This document shows positions 8,663 through 18,611 of a stretch of 40,750 bases of DNA, one piece after another (position 1 is the stretch's first letter; every line of letters begins with the position of its first letter). Source of the stretch: Waddliaceae bacterium (GTDB lineage: Bacteria; Chlamydiota; Chlamydiia; Chlamydiales; SLOH01); assembly GCA_040880105.1 (NCBI GenBank), contig JBBDJA010000004.1:1-40750 (forward strand), written 5' to 3'. The notes under the pieces were generated by a model that worked only from the letters and a program-made list of their open reading frames with translations, ran no database searches and had not been told where the DNA came from. A program made the translations under genes and the position numbers.

Positions 8663-10261
8663 ATGAATTACAAGCCCGAATATCACACACACGAAGAATT
8701 TATCAACCGTTCAAAAAAACTAGAAGAGCTGAAAGAGCTTGGAATTGAGCCCTATCCGCATCAGTTTCATCCGACTCATCACGCAGAGAGTATGCAAAAG
8801 GAGTTTGGCAATCAATCCATTGGATCAAGTGAAGATGCTGCCTCAGGTGAAACGGTTCCTGTCATTTTTGCCGGACGTCTTGTTCTCTTTAGAGCTATGG
8901 GAAAAAATGCGTTTGCGCATCTACAAGACTCGACCGGGCGCGTGCAGGTCATGTTCAATCGTGATCTAACTGTTTTAGAAGGATATACGCCAACAGGTGA
9001 TCAGCCTACCCAACCGTTAAAAATCATCGAAAAAAAATTCGACCTTGGAGATTTTGTCGGTGTTGAAGGAGATCTGTTTCACACGCAAAAAGGTGAACTG
9101 ACGATCTATGTCAAAAAGGCAACTCTTCTATCCAAGTCCCTATTGCCCCTTGCTGAAAAGCACTCCGGCCTTGCAGACAAGGAGACTCGGTATCGTAAAC
9201 GTTGGCTTGACCTCATCAGCAACCAAGAGGTGTGCGACACTTTCCGCAAAAGAAGTCAAATTCTTCGCATCATCCGCGCTTTCTTTGAAGATCAAAACTT
9301 TCTTGAAGTTGAGACGCCTGTACTCCAGAGTATCTATGGGGGTGCCGAAGCAAGGCCTTTCAAAACTGTATTAAACGCTCTTGAACAAGAGATGTTTATG
9401 CGGATTTCATTGGAAATACCGCTAAAGAAACTCATCGTCGGTGGGTTCGAAAAGGTATTTGAAATCGGACGTGTCTATCGTAATGAAGGCATTGACCGTA
9501 ATCACAACCCGGAATTTACCCTTTTGGAAGCGTATGCAGCGTACTGGGATTACAATGATATGATGGCTCTTATGGAGAAACTAGTCGAGACTCTAGCGAT
9601 GAAACTGTACGACACAACGATTCTTCCGGTGCACAATCCCCACACCGAAGAGGTTATTGAACTTAATGTCAAAGCGCCTTGGCCTCGTTTCACAATGAAA
9701 GAGGCTATCAAAAAGTTTGGCGAAATCGATGTTGACACTCTAAGTGATGATGAGCTCTACACACGTCTAAAAGAGAGCGGACATGTCGCTGAAGATAGAC
9801 TGAAACTCCTTTCTCGCGGTCTAATGATTGCAGCTCTTTTTGAAGTATTTGCCGAGCCAAAATTGATACAGCCACATCACATCATCGATCACCCTCAAGA
9901 CACGACTCCCCTTTGCAAACTCCACCGCAATGAGAAAGAGCGAAGTGAATGTATTGTCGAACGTTTTGAGAGCTTTATTCTCGGGGGCGAAATATGCAAT
10001 GCCTATTCAGAACTCAATGATCCCATCTTGCAACGCAAACTCTTAGAAAAACAAGCAAAGCGCCTGGAACAAGGAGACGAAGAAGCAAGTCCCCTTGATG
10101 AGGAGTTTGTCGAGGCAATTTGCCAAGGGATGCCACCGACTGGCGGAATTGGAATCGGAATCGACCGCTTGATCATGCTCTTAACCGATTCACACTCTAT
10201 TCGCGATGTTCTTCTCTTTCCTTGGATGAAGCCGCTGAGTCACACAGATTCTCAAGACTAA
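8663..10261 (+). CDS. lysS: Lysine--tRNA ligase (class II)
   Basis: RYRKRWLDL, FLEVETPVL, GGAEARPF, YRNEGIDRNHNPEFT, GMPPTGGIGIGIDRL. Confidence 0.98.
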   Translation: MNYKPEYHTHEEFINRSKKLEELKELGIEPYPHQFHPTHHAESMQKEFGNQSIGSSEDAASGETVPVIFAGRLVLFRAMGKNAFAHLQDSTGRVQVMFNRDLTVLEGYTPTGDQPTQPLKIIEKKFDLGDFVGVEGDLFHTQKGELTIYVKKATLLSKSLLPLAEKHSGLADKETRYRKRWLDLISNQEVCDTFRKRSQILRIIRAFFEDQNFLEVETPVLQSIYGGAEARPFKTVLNALEQEMFMRISLEIPLKKLIVGGFEKVFEIGRVYRNEGIDRNHNPEFTLLEAYAAYWDYNDMMALMEKLVETLAMKLYDTTILPVHNPHTEEVIELNVKAPWPRFTMKEAIKKFGEIDVDTLSDDELYTRLKESGHVAEDRLKLLSRGLMIAALFEVFAEPKLIQPHHIIDHPQDTTPLCKLHRNEKERSECIVERFESFILGGEICNAYSELNDPILQRKLLEKQAKRLEQGDEEASPLDEEFVEAICQGMPPTGGIGIGIDRLIMLLTDSHSIRDVLLFPWMKPLSHTDSQD

Positions 10262-10541
10262 GCGCATTTGTCGGACAAGCTGTGATGCATGGGGTGTCCA
10301 GACACCCGATGCAAGGAGCTTCATCCGGAAAAATAACCGGATGACGGGTTTTCATATTTTCGATGACAATGATATTTACCGGACATGCTGCCATGCATGC
10401 GTCGCATCCGGTGCAATCCATTTTAAATTCCGTATCGTCTTTAGGTGCGCCCGGTGGGCGTTGACGTCGGTTCGGAAGGTACTTCTCTAAGGGAGATGCG
10501 CAAAGATGGAAGAGATATGAAAAAAACTGCCGTCGATTCAA
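10197..10541 (-). CDS. 4Fe-4S dicluster ferredoxin, NapF/NapG/MauM-like
   Basis: MNRRQFF N-terminus, RPPGA, CTGCDACMAACP and CIGCLDTPCITACP. ATGA overlap with the cysS stop. Confidence 0.85.
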   Translation of the reverse strand: MNRRQFFSYLFHLCASPLEKYLPNRRQRPPGAPKDDTEFKMDCTGCDACMAACPVNIIVIENMKTRHPVIFPDEAPCIGCLDTPCITACPTNALSLENLCDSAASSKEREEHRE

Positions 10542-11965
10542 AGCGCCTTTACTCGCTGCCCTTTGGGAGTGTCTTCAACTAAATAACCAAGGTTTTGCAA
10601 CTGATCGCGCAGCTCATCTGAGCGCTTCCACTCTTTATTCGTGCGAGCATTTTTTCTCTGATCCAGAAGGTCTTGAATATTCTCCGGAAGACTCTCCTCT
10701 TGTTCAAATTGTAGAACTGCCAATATGTTGTTAAAGGTTTTGAGTAGATCTAGGACTTTCTCTGCTTCCTTTTGACTGATCTGATTTTCATCAATTAAAC
10801 GGTTTCCCTCTCGAACAAGGTCAAAAAGAGCGGCAAGAGAGACTGAAATATTGAGGTCGTCAGCAATCCCTTTGGAAAACCTTTCAAAACAACTTTCTAT
10901 CTGTCCGGCAGCTTTCCCAAAATCGCCTTGGCTCTCTACCTCTTTTAGACGTACGATGAAGTCTTGTAAACGGTTAAGTGAGTGCTTTACAGCATCGAGT
11001 TCATCAATGGTGAAATTGAGCTGGGTTTTATAGTGCGTCTGAAGGAGCATGTAGCGAATCTCTCTTCCCGTATATCCCTGACTTAATAGATCGCGAAGAG
11101 TGTGAAAATTCCCCAGGCTCTTCGACATTTTTTTTCCATCAACAATCAAATGCTCGGCATGCATCCAATACTTCACAAACTGTTTACCTGTGCACGCTTC
11201 TGACTGAGCGATTTCATTTTCATGATGAGGAAAAATGTTATCGACTCCGCCGCAGTGTATATCAATGGATGGTCCAAGAATTTCCATTGCCATTGTCGAG
11301 CACTCTAAGTGCCAGCCCGGTCGCCCCTTACCAAACGGACTGTCCCAATAGATAGGACCATCACGTTTTTCATCGTACCCCTTCCATAAGACAAAGTCGG
11401 AGGCGTTCTCCTTATCGTATTCATCGTTTGCCACACGCTCAGAGGCGCCGGACTTAAGGTCGTCAAGGTTTAAGTGCGATAGACAGCCGTATCGCGTAAA
11501 TTTATCAATTGCAAAATAGACGCTTCCGTCGCTTCCCTGATATGCAACTTCTTTTTCCAAAAGTGTTTGAATCAGGGTGATCATTTGAGGAATATAATGC
11601 GTTGCTTTCGGATAATGTTCGACTTTTTCAATCCCGAGCGTTTGCAAGTCGTGAAAAAACGCTTCTTCAAATGGCTGGATGAATGCTTCTAGTGTGACCC
11701 CATTTTGGTTTGCGCCATTTATTGTTTTATCATCCACATCAGTGATGTTCATCACCTGCTCGACTTGATAATTAAAATACTTAAGTGTCCGTCTCAACAA
11801 ATCTTCAAAGATATACGCGCGGAAATTTCCAATATGGGCAAAATTGTAAACAGTGGGCCCGCACGTATACATTGTAATTTTGCGATCTCGCGGTAATGCC
11901 GCAACTTCCTTTTTTCGGCTCTCTGTATTAAAAAATTGTATGGGAAAATTTTCTATTGCTTGCAT
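10538..11965 (-). CDS. cysS: Cysteine--tRNA ligase
   Basis: YTCGPTVY, HIGN, GRPGWHLECS, FPHHENE, KMSKSLGN. Confidence 0.98.
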   Translation of the reverse strand: MQAIENFPIQFFNTESRKKEVAALPRDRKITMYTCGPTVYNFAHIGNFRAYIFEDLLRRTLKYFNYQVEQVMNITDVDDKTINGANQNGVTLEAFIQPFEEAFFHDLQTLGIEKVEHYPKATHYIPQMITLIQTLLEKEVAYQGSDGSVYFAIDKFTRYGCLSHLNLDDLKSGASERVANDEYDKENASDFVLWKGYDEKRDGPIYWDSPFGKGRPGWHLECSTMAMEILGPSIDIHCGGVDNIFPHHENEIAQSEACTGKQFVKYWMHAEHLIVDGKKMSKSLGNFHTLRDLLSQGYTGREIRYMLLQTHYKTQLNFTIDELDAVKHSLNRLQDFIVRLKEVESQGDFGKAAGQIESCFERFSKGIADDLNISVSLAALFDLVREGNRLIDENQISQKEAEKVLDLLKTFNNILAVLQFEQEESLPENIQDLLDQRKNARTNKEWKRSDELRDQLQNLGYLVEDTPKGQRVKAL

Positions 11966-12132
11966 ATGGAATCCCGCAGGTTTTCAACTCTTTCAGATAT
12001 AAAAATTACCATAAAATGACTTATACCTTCAAATCATTCCATCTGTTTTCTTGGTCTTACTCTTGTAAAAATAATAAAATCTTTATACTTTTGTTCTATC
12101 GTCGATTTCAAGCAACATAAAAACAGGTATTT

Positions 12133-13131
12133 ATGGCAATTGCTGTTGCTCATCGCAATCAAGCTCCGTATCAATTCCAGGAAATAGGATCTATAGAAAG
12201 ATTTTCTATTGAGCATCCCAATCTTACATATGCTGTAAAGAGGGTGGCCAATCTTGCAATCAATATATTAATCGCAAGCGGGCTTGTTTTTCTTAGTTTT
12301 TCAACCCCATACCTTTGGGTTATGTTGCACTCAACTCTAAATTTTGGTACCGCCTGCATTTCCTTTGTGAATCATGCAAGACGTCCGATAGTATATGATT
12401 TTGGAACTTCATTATCTGAAAAGAGAAGACAGCTGCGTGTTCTAAATTTCACATACAATGCAAATGCAGCGATGTTGAACATCAACAGACTGTTTTTTAT
12501 CTCAAGAGTCGCCATTTATCTAATTACAGGACTATTTGTAAATGCTTTACTGGAGACGGCCTTATTTTTTTGGTTTGAAAGGCAGCTCGCAAGGAAGGTT
12601 CAGTTATTGAATGACGCTTTGTTTTCCCCAGCCATTCAATTCGTATCGAGGCGCATTAACCACTCTATACAAAAACCTGCATCGGACCCGTTTGATAGAC
12701 TCTTTAAAATTGCGATCAAAGAGAGAAGTCAAGAAATTTTACAAATCCCAAAAAATAGCTTTCGACTGACTCTTCTACAAATGATTAGCAGACGGGATCA
12801 AAACAGAGGTGGTTTTGAAAGGTTATTGCGAAAAATAAATGGGGAAATTATTAACCGCTTAAATGAAGACCACCCAAATAGTTTCTCCGTGAGTGAAATT
12901 TCAAAGCGACAACGTCAGGCAAGAAAAATCCTAAGCAAATTGTCAAATGAAGAGTGCGAGACTCTTTATCGAATTTACTTAAGAGATCTAAATCCTCAAC
13001 ATGCATTTCAAACATTTTGTGATCAAAATCTACCCGATATTGATGTGCCCCCTATCCTGGAAAGTAGAGAGCAACAGCCGGTAGCAAATTATGATAACTA
13101 CGACTTCTTGCACCGCCATATTGTTTTATAG
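12133..13131 (+). CDS. Hypothetical membrane protein
   Basis: 332-aa ORF with N-terminal hydrophobic segments and a hydrophilic C-terminus; no family motif recognised. Confidence 0.75.
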   Translation: MAIAVAHRNQAPYQFQEIGSIERFSIEHPNLTYAVKRVANLAINILIASGLVFLSFSTPYLWVMLHSTLNFGTACISFVNHARRPIVYDFGTSLSEKRRQLRVLNFTYNANAAMLNINRLFFISRVAIYLITGLFVNALLETALFFWFERQLARKVQLLNDALFSPAIQFVSRRINHSIQKPASDPFDRLFKIAIKERSQEILQIPKNSFRLTLLQMISRRDQNRGGFERLLRKINGEIINRLNEDHPNSFSVSEISKRQRQARKILSKLSNEECETLYRIYLRDLNPQHAFQTFCDQNLPDIDVPPILESREQQPVANYDNYDFLHRHIVL

Positions 13132-13146
13132 GAACGGATTGCACGT

Positions 13147-15867
13147 TTATTTTTTCCAGTACTGATCCTCAAGTAGACGATAGTTTGTTTTACCGGTACC
13201 CATAATAGGAATTAGATCTACTTTAAAGACCTTAGATATGCGCACAAGGTTGGTAAATCCGGACTCGCGCAAAGCTTTATTGACATCTTCCGGCTCAACA
13301 TCAAATGTAGAAAATAGAACAATCTCTACCCCTTCGTCATTTTCCTTTCCCGAAATTGCAAGAGGAGGACCTTCTTCCGGCATTGGCCACCCTTTTCGTT
13401 CTGTTAAACGAAGCAAGGACTCTTCAATAGCAAGAAGACTGATCATCTCGCCGCCCACCTTAACAAATCGTTTAAGCCGTCCGGAAATCGTTAGGTTTCC
13501 CTCTTCATCAAGGATGCCAAGGTCACCGGAACGATACCACTGTTTACCATCAATTGTGACAAATGGTGACTCAAGACCCGGATTTAAATATCCTGAGAAA
13601 ACGCCCGGTCCATGCACGAGGATCATCCCCTCTTTTCCAACAGGAAGTGGTTCTTGGGTTTCAGCATTGACTATCAATAATTCCGTTCCGGGCGCCGCCG
13701 GCCCAACACCCTTGCGGGGTTTTCCCACTCGATTAAATGAAATAATCGGTGAGCATTCAGTAATTCCATATCCTTCGATCAGACACTGCTCTTTATCGAT
13801 CTTTGCTAAACGATCAAACAGCTCGGGTGGGGCTTTTTCAGCACCACTTAAACAGAGACGCATGGTTTTAATTTGTTCGGGTTTAGCCGACTTCAGAAGT
13901 TTCAGTAAAAATGTCGGAGCCCCGCACATTAGTGTCGCTCCCCAAGTTTCAAACCCTTTTGCCATTCGCGGCCCGTCCGTTGGATCGGGTGAAAAAGCGA
14001 TGCGAATACCTGCAAGAAGACTTAGAATTCCGCTAACATTAAATCCAAACGAATGAAAAGGAGGTAGAACGCCAAAAAGAACATCGTCGGAGAAAATTTC
14101 GATTCCTTCAAGTGACGACTTTTGATTCGATAAAAGGTTGCGATGACTCAATGGAACACCTTTTGGTGTACTTTCTGTCCCGCTTGTAAAAAGAAGTGCT
14201 GCAGCAGAATCAGGATCTGTATCCAGCACGTCAAAAAGACGTAAAATGCTATGCACGGATCGCTTACTTCGTATGAATGCGCGGATCTTATCTTTCAAAG
14301 AGAAGCCTTCCTTTACACTCTCCATCATAATGAGCTTATCTTCGATGCCATCGAGCTCAACGCCCTCAAGACGATCTAAAAATTTCCAAGAAGAAAGGAC
14401 TGCTTCAACGTTTGTCAATTCTACAACAGATTCAATATGACGACGCCCGATCGTCCAATTGATCATCAACGGAACTTTCCCGGCAAGCTGAGTAGCTAAA
14501 ATACAAAGATATGCTGCGACAGAGGACGGAAGCATAATCCCGATATGTTTACCGGGAAGATGACGGATATACTCTGCAAGTAGAAGGACTGCAAGTTTTA
14601 ATCTCGGATAACTTAAAATTCCGGAAGTGGAGTCTGCGCACGCAAGAGATTTACCCATCCGGTCACAGTTATTTAAAAAGACTTCGGGAATTGTGCTGCC
14701 ATGGGCAATTTGAACACGAAATTTTGAAATATCGGCTTTCCATTTTGAAAGATCGGCGATCTCCCCTTCTGATTCTTTAGGTTTGAATTCGACTTGTTTA
14801 GCAGCGATACCCATTGTCTTTTTTACTGTCGTCAATTCCGAGGCTGGTACCGGGTCTAGTTTAAAAGTCGTTTGTATGTGTGTCGCTAATTCGGAAAGAT
14901 CTAATGAATCAAGTCCAAGATCATTAGCAAGAGACATCTCTTTACGTATGTTAGCAATTGAAAACCCTGAGAGTTCAGCTACTTTTTTCATCACGTCCTG
15001 CTCGATATTTGAGGGGATTTCAGATGAAATATTGTTATCGTCTGCTTTTGGTTGTACGTATTTTTTCGGTAAGACATCTTTCCAAAAACAGTATGAAACA
15101 AAGATAAGCGAATCACCCGGATCCTTGCCGACTTGAGGACTTAAACCATCAGGTTGATTGTACCATTTTTCAAGCCATTTATTAAAATTGATGCGCGTTT
15201 CATCTTTTGGAAAGTCTTCCGGCGGCAACTCAAACTCAACGATCACATCTCGTCTAGGGGTGAAAAAAATCAAGTTCTTTAGAGCGATCTTAAGACCGTT
15301 AAGGATGGTTTCAAAAAGAGGCGGCGATTTTCCGATTAATGCCCGAGAAAAACTACTACCCCAAAGCCCTTTCACCCTAACGAGGACTACATTTGCTTCC
15401 GGACAGTCGCGTACAATCTGGTGTGCTCCGGAAGAGCCTCCAATGACTTCTCGCTCTTGACTTTTCAACTGTCCGGCCGGGTAAATTAAAAAGTTATCTC
15501 CCTCTTTAAGACCTTGAGTCACGGTGTTCATGACTTCTTCATTTTGCTTACGCTTTAAAGTGTTACTCGTGGCTTCATAATTAGGCACAGCGACTGCATT
15601 TAAGTATTTCATCAGCTGATTAACAATCGGTGTGTTGTACATATACTCAATCACAAGCGGCCGTAATTTAAACTTTGGCCAAAGCGCTAGAGTGACAGCT
15701 GTCGGGTCAATAAACATGGCGGGGTGATTAGGCAGGAAGAGTACACCTCCCGGCTTATTCAGAGCCTCGGGGGTCAGTTTTTCAAGTCCTTTCACTGTAA
15801 TGCGATACCGAAACCATAAAACAAAACGGAAGAAAAAAACCATTAAGTAGCCAAGCAGGGTCTTCAT
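13147..15867 (-). CDS. aas: Aas-like fusion: PlsC acyltransferase + carrier (ACP) domain + AMP-binding acyl-ACP synthetase
   Basis: PNHPAMFID and LIYPAG (PlsC); DLGLDSLDL (phosphopantetheine site); FTSGTESTPKG, EGYGITE, YRSGDLG, GRLKRFVKVGGE (adenylation domain). Confidence 0.9.
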   Translation of the reverse strand: MKTLLGYLMVFFFRFVLWFRYRITVKGLEKLTPEALNKPGGVLFLPNHPAMFIDPTAVTLALWPKFKLRPLVIEYMYNTPIVNQLMKYLNAVAVPNYEATSNTLKRKQNEEVMNTVTQGLKEGDNFLIYPAGQLKSQEREVIGGSSGAHQIVRDCPEANVVLVRVKGLWGSSFSRALIGKSPPLFETILNGLKIALKNLIFFTPRRDVIVEFELPPEDFPKDETRINFNKWLEKWYNQPDGLSPQVGKDPGDSLIFVSYCFWKDVLPKKYVQPKADDNNISSEIPSNIEQDVMKKVAELSGFSIANIRKEMSLANDLGLDSLDLSELATHIQTTFKLDPVPASELTTVKKTMGIAAKQVEFKPKESEGEIADLSKWKADISKFRVQIAHGSTIPEVFLNNCDRMGKSLACADSTSGILSYPRLKLAVLLLAEYIRHLPGKHIGIMLPSSVAAYLCILATQLAGKVPLMINWTIGRRHIESVVELTNVEAVLSSWKFLDRLEGVELDGIEDKLIMMESVKEGFSLKDKIRAFIRSKRSVHSILRLFDVLDTDPDSAAALLFTSGTESTPKGVPLSHRNLLSNQKSSLEGIEIFSDDVLFGVLPPFHSFGFNVSGILSLLAGIRIAFSPDPTDGPRMAKGFETWGATLMCGAPTFLLKLLKSAKPEQIKTMRLCLSGAEKAPPELFDRLAKIDKEQCLIEGYGITECSPIISFNRVGKPRKGVGPAAPGTELLIVNAETQEPLPVGKEGMILVHGPGVFSGYLNPGLESPFVTIDGKQWYRSGDLGILDEEGNLTISGRLKRFVKVGGEMISLLAIEESLLRLTERKGWPMPEEGPPLAISGKENDEGVEIVLFSTFDVEPEDVNKALRESGFTNLVRISKVFKVDLIPIMGTGKTNYRLLEDQYWKK

Positions 15868-16010
15868 TGATTCAACACCTTTTTTATTAACATTTTACAA
15901 CATTTGCTATTTCTTTTCGCGAGACTCTTATTTCTAAGTGCCGTCGCTTAATCTTGAGGAAGAAAGAAAAAATTTACAAGTAAAAAGATGCTTGGTAAGT
16001 TTAGATGCCT

Positions 16011-16406
16011 TTAAGGTAAGTGCAGCTGTTTAAGAATGGACCTTGCTTCGTCAAATGTTACTTTTTTCTTAGCTTCCTCAAGGGTTACAAAGCAAAAGTC
16101 GCAAAGCTCCTCATCTTGAATTTTCACATCCCCTTTGACCGAGGCAAGAAAATACTTTACCGTTTTTTTGATCCTCTTCCCATTATGATGAAAGCTGTAA
16201 TGCTCGGTGAATGACTGATCTTCAACCCACTGATCAACAGCGAGGCCAGTCTCTTCAAATAGCTCTCGGACAGCCGTCTCAAAAGGGGCTTCATCTGGTT
16301 CGGGGCGCCCTTTAGGAAAGGACCAGTGACCGTTTACATGTTGAACAAGAAGGATTTTCCACCCCTCATTGTCCTTAACAATTGGGATCACACCATATGA
16401 GATCAT
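16011..16406 (-). CDS. NUDIX hydrolase, probable Ap4A hydrolase (CT771-like)
   Basis: HWSFPKG...ETAVRELFEETGL Nudix box, KTVKYFLA; coupled to fabF by ATGA overlap. Confidence 0.88.
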   Translation of the reverse strand: MISYGVIPIVKDNEGWKILLVQHVNGHWSFPKGRPEPDEAPFETAVRELFEETGLAVDQWVEDQSFTEHYSFHHNGKRIKKTVKYFLASVKGDVKIQDEELCDFCFVTLEEAKKKVTFDEARSILKQLHLP

Positions 16407-17638
16407 TTAATCTTCCCAAAAAGAATAGAGGCGTTATGCCCTCCAAAGCCAAAAGAGTTAGAAAGGGCGACATCGATTTTATGGGAAATTGCTCTAGTCG
16501 GGACGATAAAGTGTTCAAGTCCGGGCTCGGGATTCTCTAGATTAAGTGTCGGGTGAATTTTTTGCTCCATAATCGCTTTCACGGTAACAACTGCTTCGAT
16601 TCCTCCGGCAGCACCAAGTCCATGACCGATAATGGATTTTGTGCTATTCATCACTGCTTGGCCAGAAGCTTGAACAACTTGTTTTACAGCATTTACTTCT
16701 ACCATATCTCCGGCTTGGGTAGAGGTGGCGTGCGCATTAATGTAATCGATCTGAGAAGATTCTACAGCAGCGTCCTTAAGGGCTTTATTTAAACAATTAA
16801 TAATTCCCTGTCCGTCCGGTCTTGGCTCTGTCATGTGATGCGCGTCGCAAGAGACGCCGCCGCCAAGATATTCAGCCAAAATCGTAGCTCCGCGCTTTTG
16901 CGCATGTTCAAGCGATTCTAGGACTAGCACACCGGCACCCTCACCCATTACAAAGCCGTTTCGATCACGATCAAATGGTCGAGAAGCCTTTTCCGGTTCA
17001 TCATTGCGACAAGAGAGTGCCCTGCAGGCGCAAAAACCGGCCACTCCCATGGGGATAATTGCAGCCTCTGTTCCCCCGCAAAGCATAAGATCGGTCTGTC
17101 CGTTGCGGATGTATTCAGCAGCGGCAATAATCGCGTTATTACCCGTCGCACAAGCGGTCGAGACGGAGTAATTAGGCCCCATAAAACCAAGGTCAATACC
17201 CAGTAGCGCCCCTGCCATGTTTGTTAAGATATACGGCACAAAAAATGGTGTCACACGTTTGGAACCTTTATTATACAGAGTATTGACACCATCGACAAAG
17301 ACACTCATACCGCCCATTCCGGATCCGATAATAATTCCTGCGCGATGCTTATCAAGAGAGTCAACTTTGACATCGGCTGATTCAAGAGCTTTATATCCGG
17401 CAACAGTTGCATATTTTATAAAGGGATCAATGCGGCGCTCTGTTTTTTTGTCGATATAGCCTTCGGAATCAAACGCCTTGATCTCACCGGCAATTTTAGC
17501 CGGAAGGTCCTCGGTTGAAAAATTGGAAATTAACGAAATCGCGCTTTCACCTTGCAAAAGCTTTTGGTAAAAAGTGTCAACATCATTTCCAAATGGAGAG
17601 ACAATACCAAGTCCAGTGATCACTACTCTTTTTTTCAT
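16403..17638 (-). CDS. fabF: 3-oxoacyl-ACP synthase II
   Basis: KKRVVITGLG, STACATG, NAHATST, GHGLGAAG, SNSFGFGGHN. AAGGAG RBS precedes ATG17638. Confidence 0.97.
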   Translation of the reverse strand: MKKRVVITGLGIVSPFGNDVDTFYQKLLQGESAISLISNFSTEDLPAKIAGEIKAFDSEGYIDKKTERRIDPFIKYATVAGYKALESADVKVDSLDKHRAGIIIGSGMGGMSVFVDGVNTLYNKGSKRVTPFFVPYILTNMAGALLGIDLGFMGPNYSVSTACATGNNAIIAAAEYIRNGQTDLMLCGGTEAAIIPMGVAGFCACRALSCRNDEPEKASRPFDRDRNGFVMGEGAGVLVLESLEHAQKRGATILAEYLGGGVSCDAHHMTEPRPDGQGIINCLNKALKDAAVESSQIDYINAHATSTQAGDMVEVNAVKQVVQASGQAVMNSTKSIIGHGLGAAGGIEAVVTVKAIMEQKIHPTLNLENPEPGLEHFIVPTRAISHKIDVALSNSFGFGGHNASILFGKIK

Positions 17639-17667
17639 TGAATTCTCCTTAAGGTTTACAATGGATA

Positions 17668-18015
17668 TCATTCCACATTTAACTCTAACTCCACAATCTT
17701 CCCTTCATGCCAAAGTTTTTCAAGAGAGTATTTTTGACGTAGATCAGGAGTAAATATATGAACCAGAATCTCACCGGCATCCACAACCATCCAACTACAG
17801 GAAGGGCGGCCTTCTACGTGAAGCGGTTCTTCATTGTGCACATGCAAAACGTCAACGACAACTTTACTAAGCGCATTGACATGCCGCTCGGTATTCCCAT
17901 CTGCAATGAGTAGATAGTCGGTAATTGACGAGACACCTCTCACGTCGATCGCGACTATATTGGTTCCCTTTTTATCATAAATTGCTTGAGCAAGTGCGTA
18001 TAATAGTTTTGACAT
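17668..18015 (-). CDS. rsfS: Ribosome silencing factor (Iojap/YbeB)
   Basis: DKKGTNI, TDYLLIA, WMVVDAGEILVHIF, YSLEKLW. Confidence 0.95.
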   Translation of the reverse strand: MSKLLYALAQAIYDKKGTNIVAIDVRGVSSITDYLLIADGNTERHVNALSKVVVDVLHVHNEEPLHVEGRPSCSWMVVDAGEILVHIFTPDLRQKYSLEKLWHEGKIVELELNVE

Positions 18016-18029
18016 TGCTTAAATAAAAG

Positions 18030-18611
18030 TTACAAATATAGCTTATGGGTCTTAATATAGTCTATGATTTTCTCCGGTACTAAATGTTGAATAGATCTCT
18101 GATTTTGTACTCTCTGCCGCACCTCGGTGCTGCAAAGATCAAACATAGGAATCTGAGTCCACCCTTTAGTGATCGCATCGGATATCACTTTTGATCCATG
18201 AAGTGCACGGGGGGGATAAGGCATTCGACTACCGATAAGAATGGAGATATTTTCAACAATTTCTTCCGGCTTATGCCACTTATGAAACTCCTCTGCTGAC
18301 TTATCCCCCATTAAGAGATAAAACTGATGAGGGTACTTTTTAGTTTCCAAAACAGTATCTAGTGTATAGCTCCTACCTTTTCTTTTTAACTCCCAATCAA
18401 TAATTGAAAATTGAGGAAAAGAGCGAATGGCGATTTCAAGCATCTTCAATCGATCAAGGTCTGTTGCCGGCATTTGCGTTTTTAATGGACTCAAGTGAGC
18501 CGGACAAAACCATATCTCATCTAATTCATGCGCCTCCATTAATGCAGCGGCTAGATTTAAATGTCCGAGATGAGGAGGGTCAAATGTTCCCCCGTAGATA
18601 CCCACTTTCAT
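18030..18611 (-). CDS. nadD: Nicotinate-nucleotide adenylyltransferase
   Basis: GIYGGTFDPPHLGH, SYTLDT, LLMGD, CSTEVR. ATG18611 overlaps the glutamine synthetase stop (ATGA). Confidence 0.95.
   Translation of the reverse strand: MKVGIYGGTFDPPHLGHLNLAAALMEAHELDEIWFCPAHLSPLKTQMPATDLDRLKMLEIAIRSFPQFSIIDWELKRKGRSYTLDTVLETKKYPHQFYLLMGDKSAEEFHKWHKPEEIVENISILIGSRMPYPPRALHGSKVISDAITKGWTQIPMFDLCSTEVRQRVQNQRSIQHLVPEKIIDYIKTHKLYL

Noticed and set aside
8453..8692. 79-aa minus-strand ORF
   Set aside because: Antisense shadow overlapping lysS; the + strand 53-aa TM ORF fits the operon better.
13238..14056. 272-aa plus-strand ORF, and many other antisense or alternate-frame ORFs in the track
   Set aside because: Fully nested within well-supported genes; no independent motifs.
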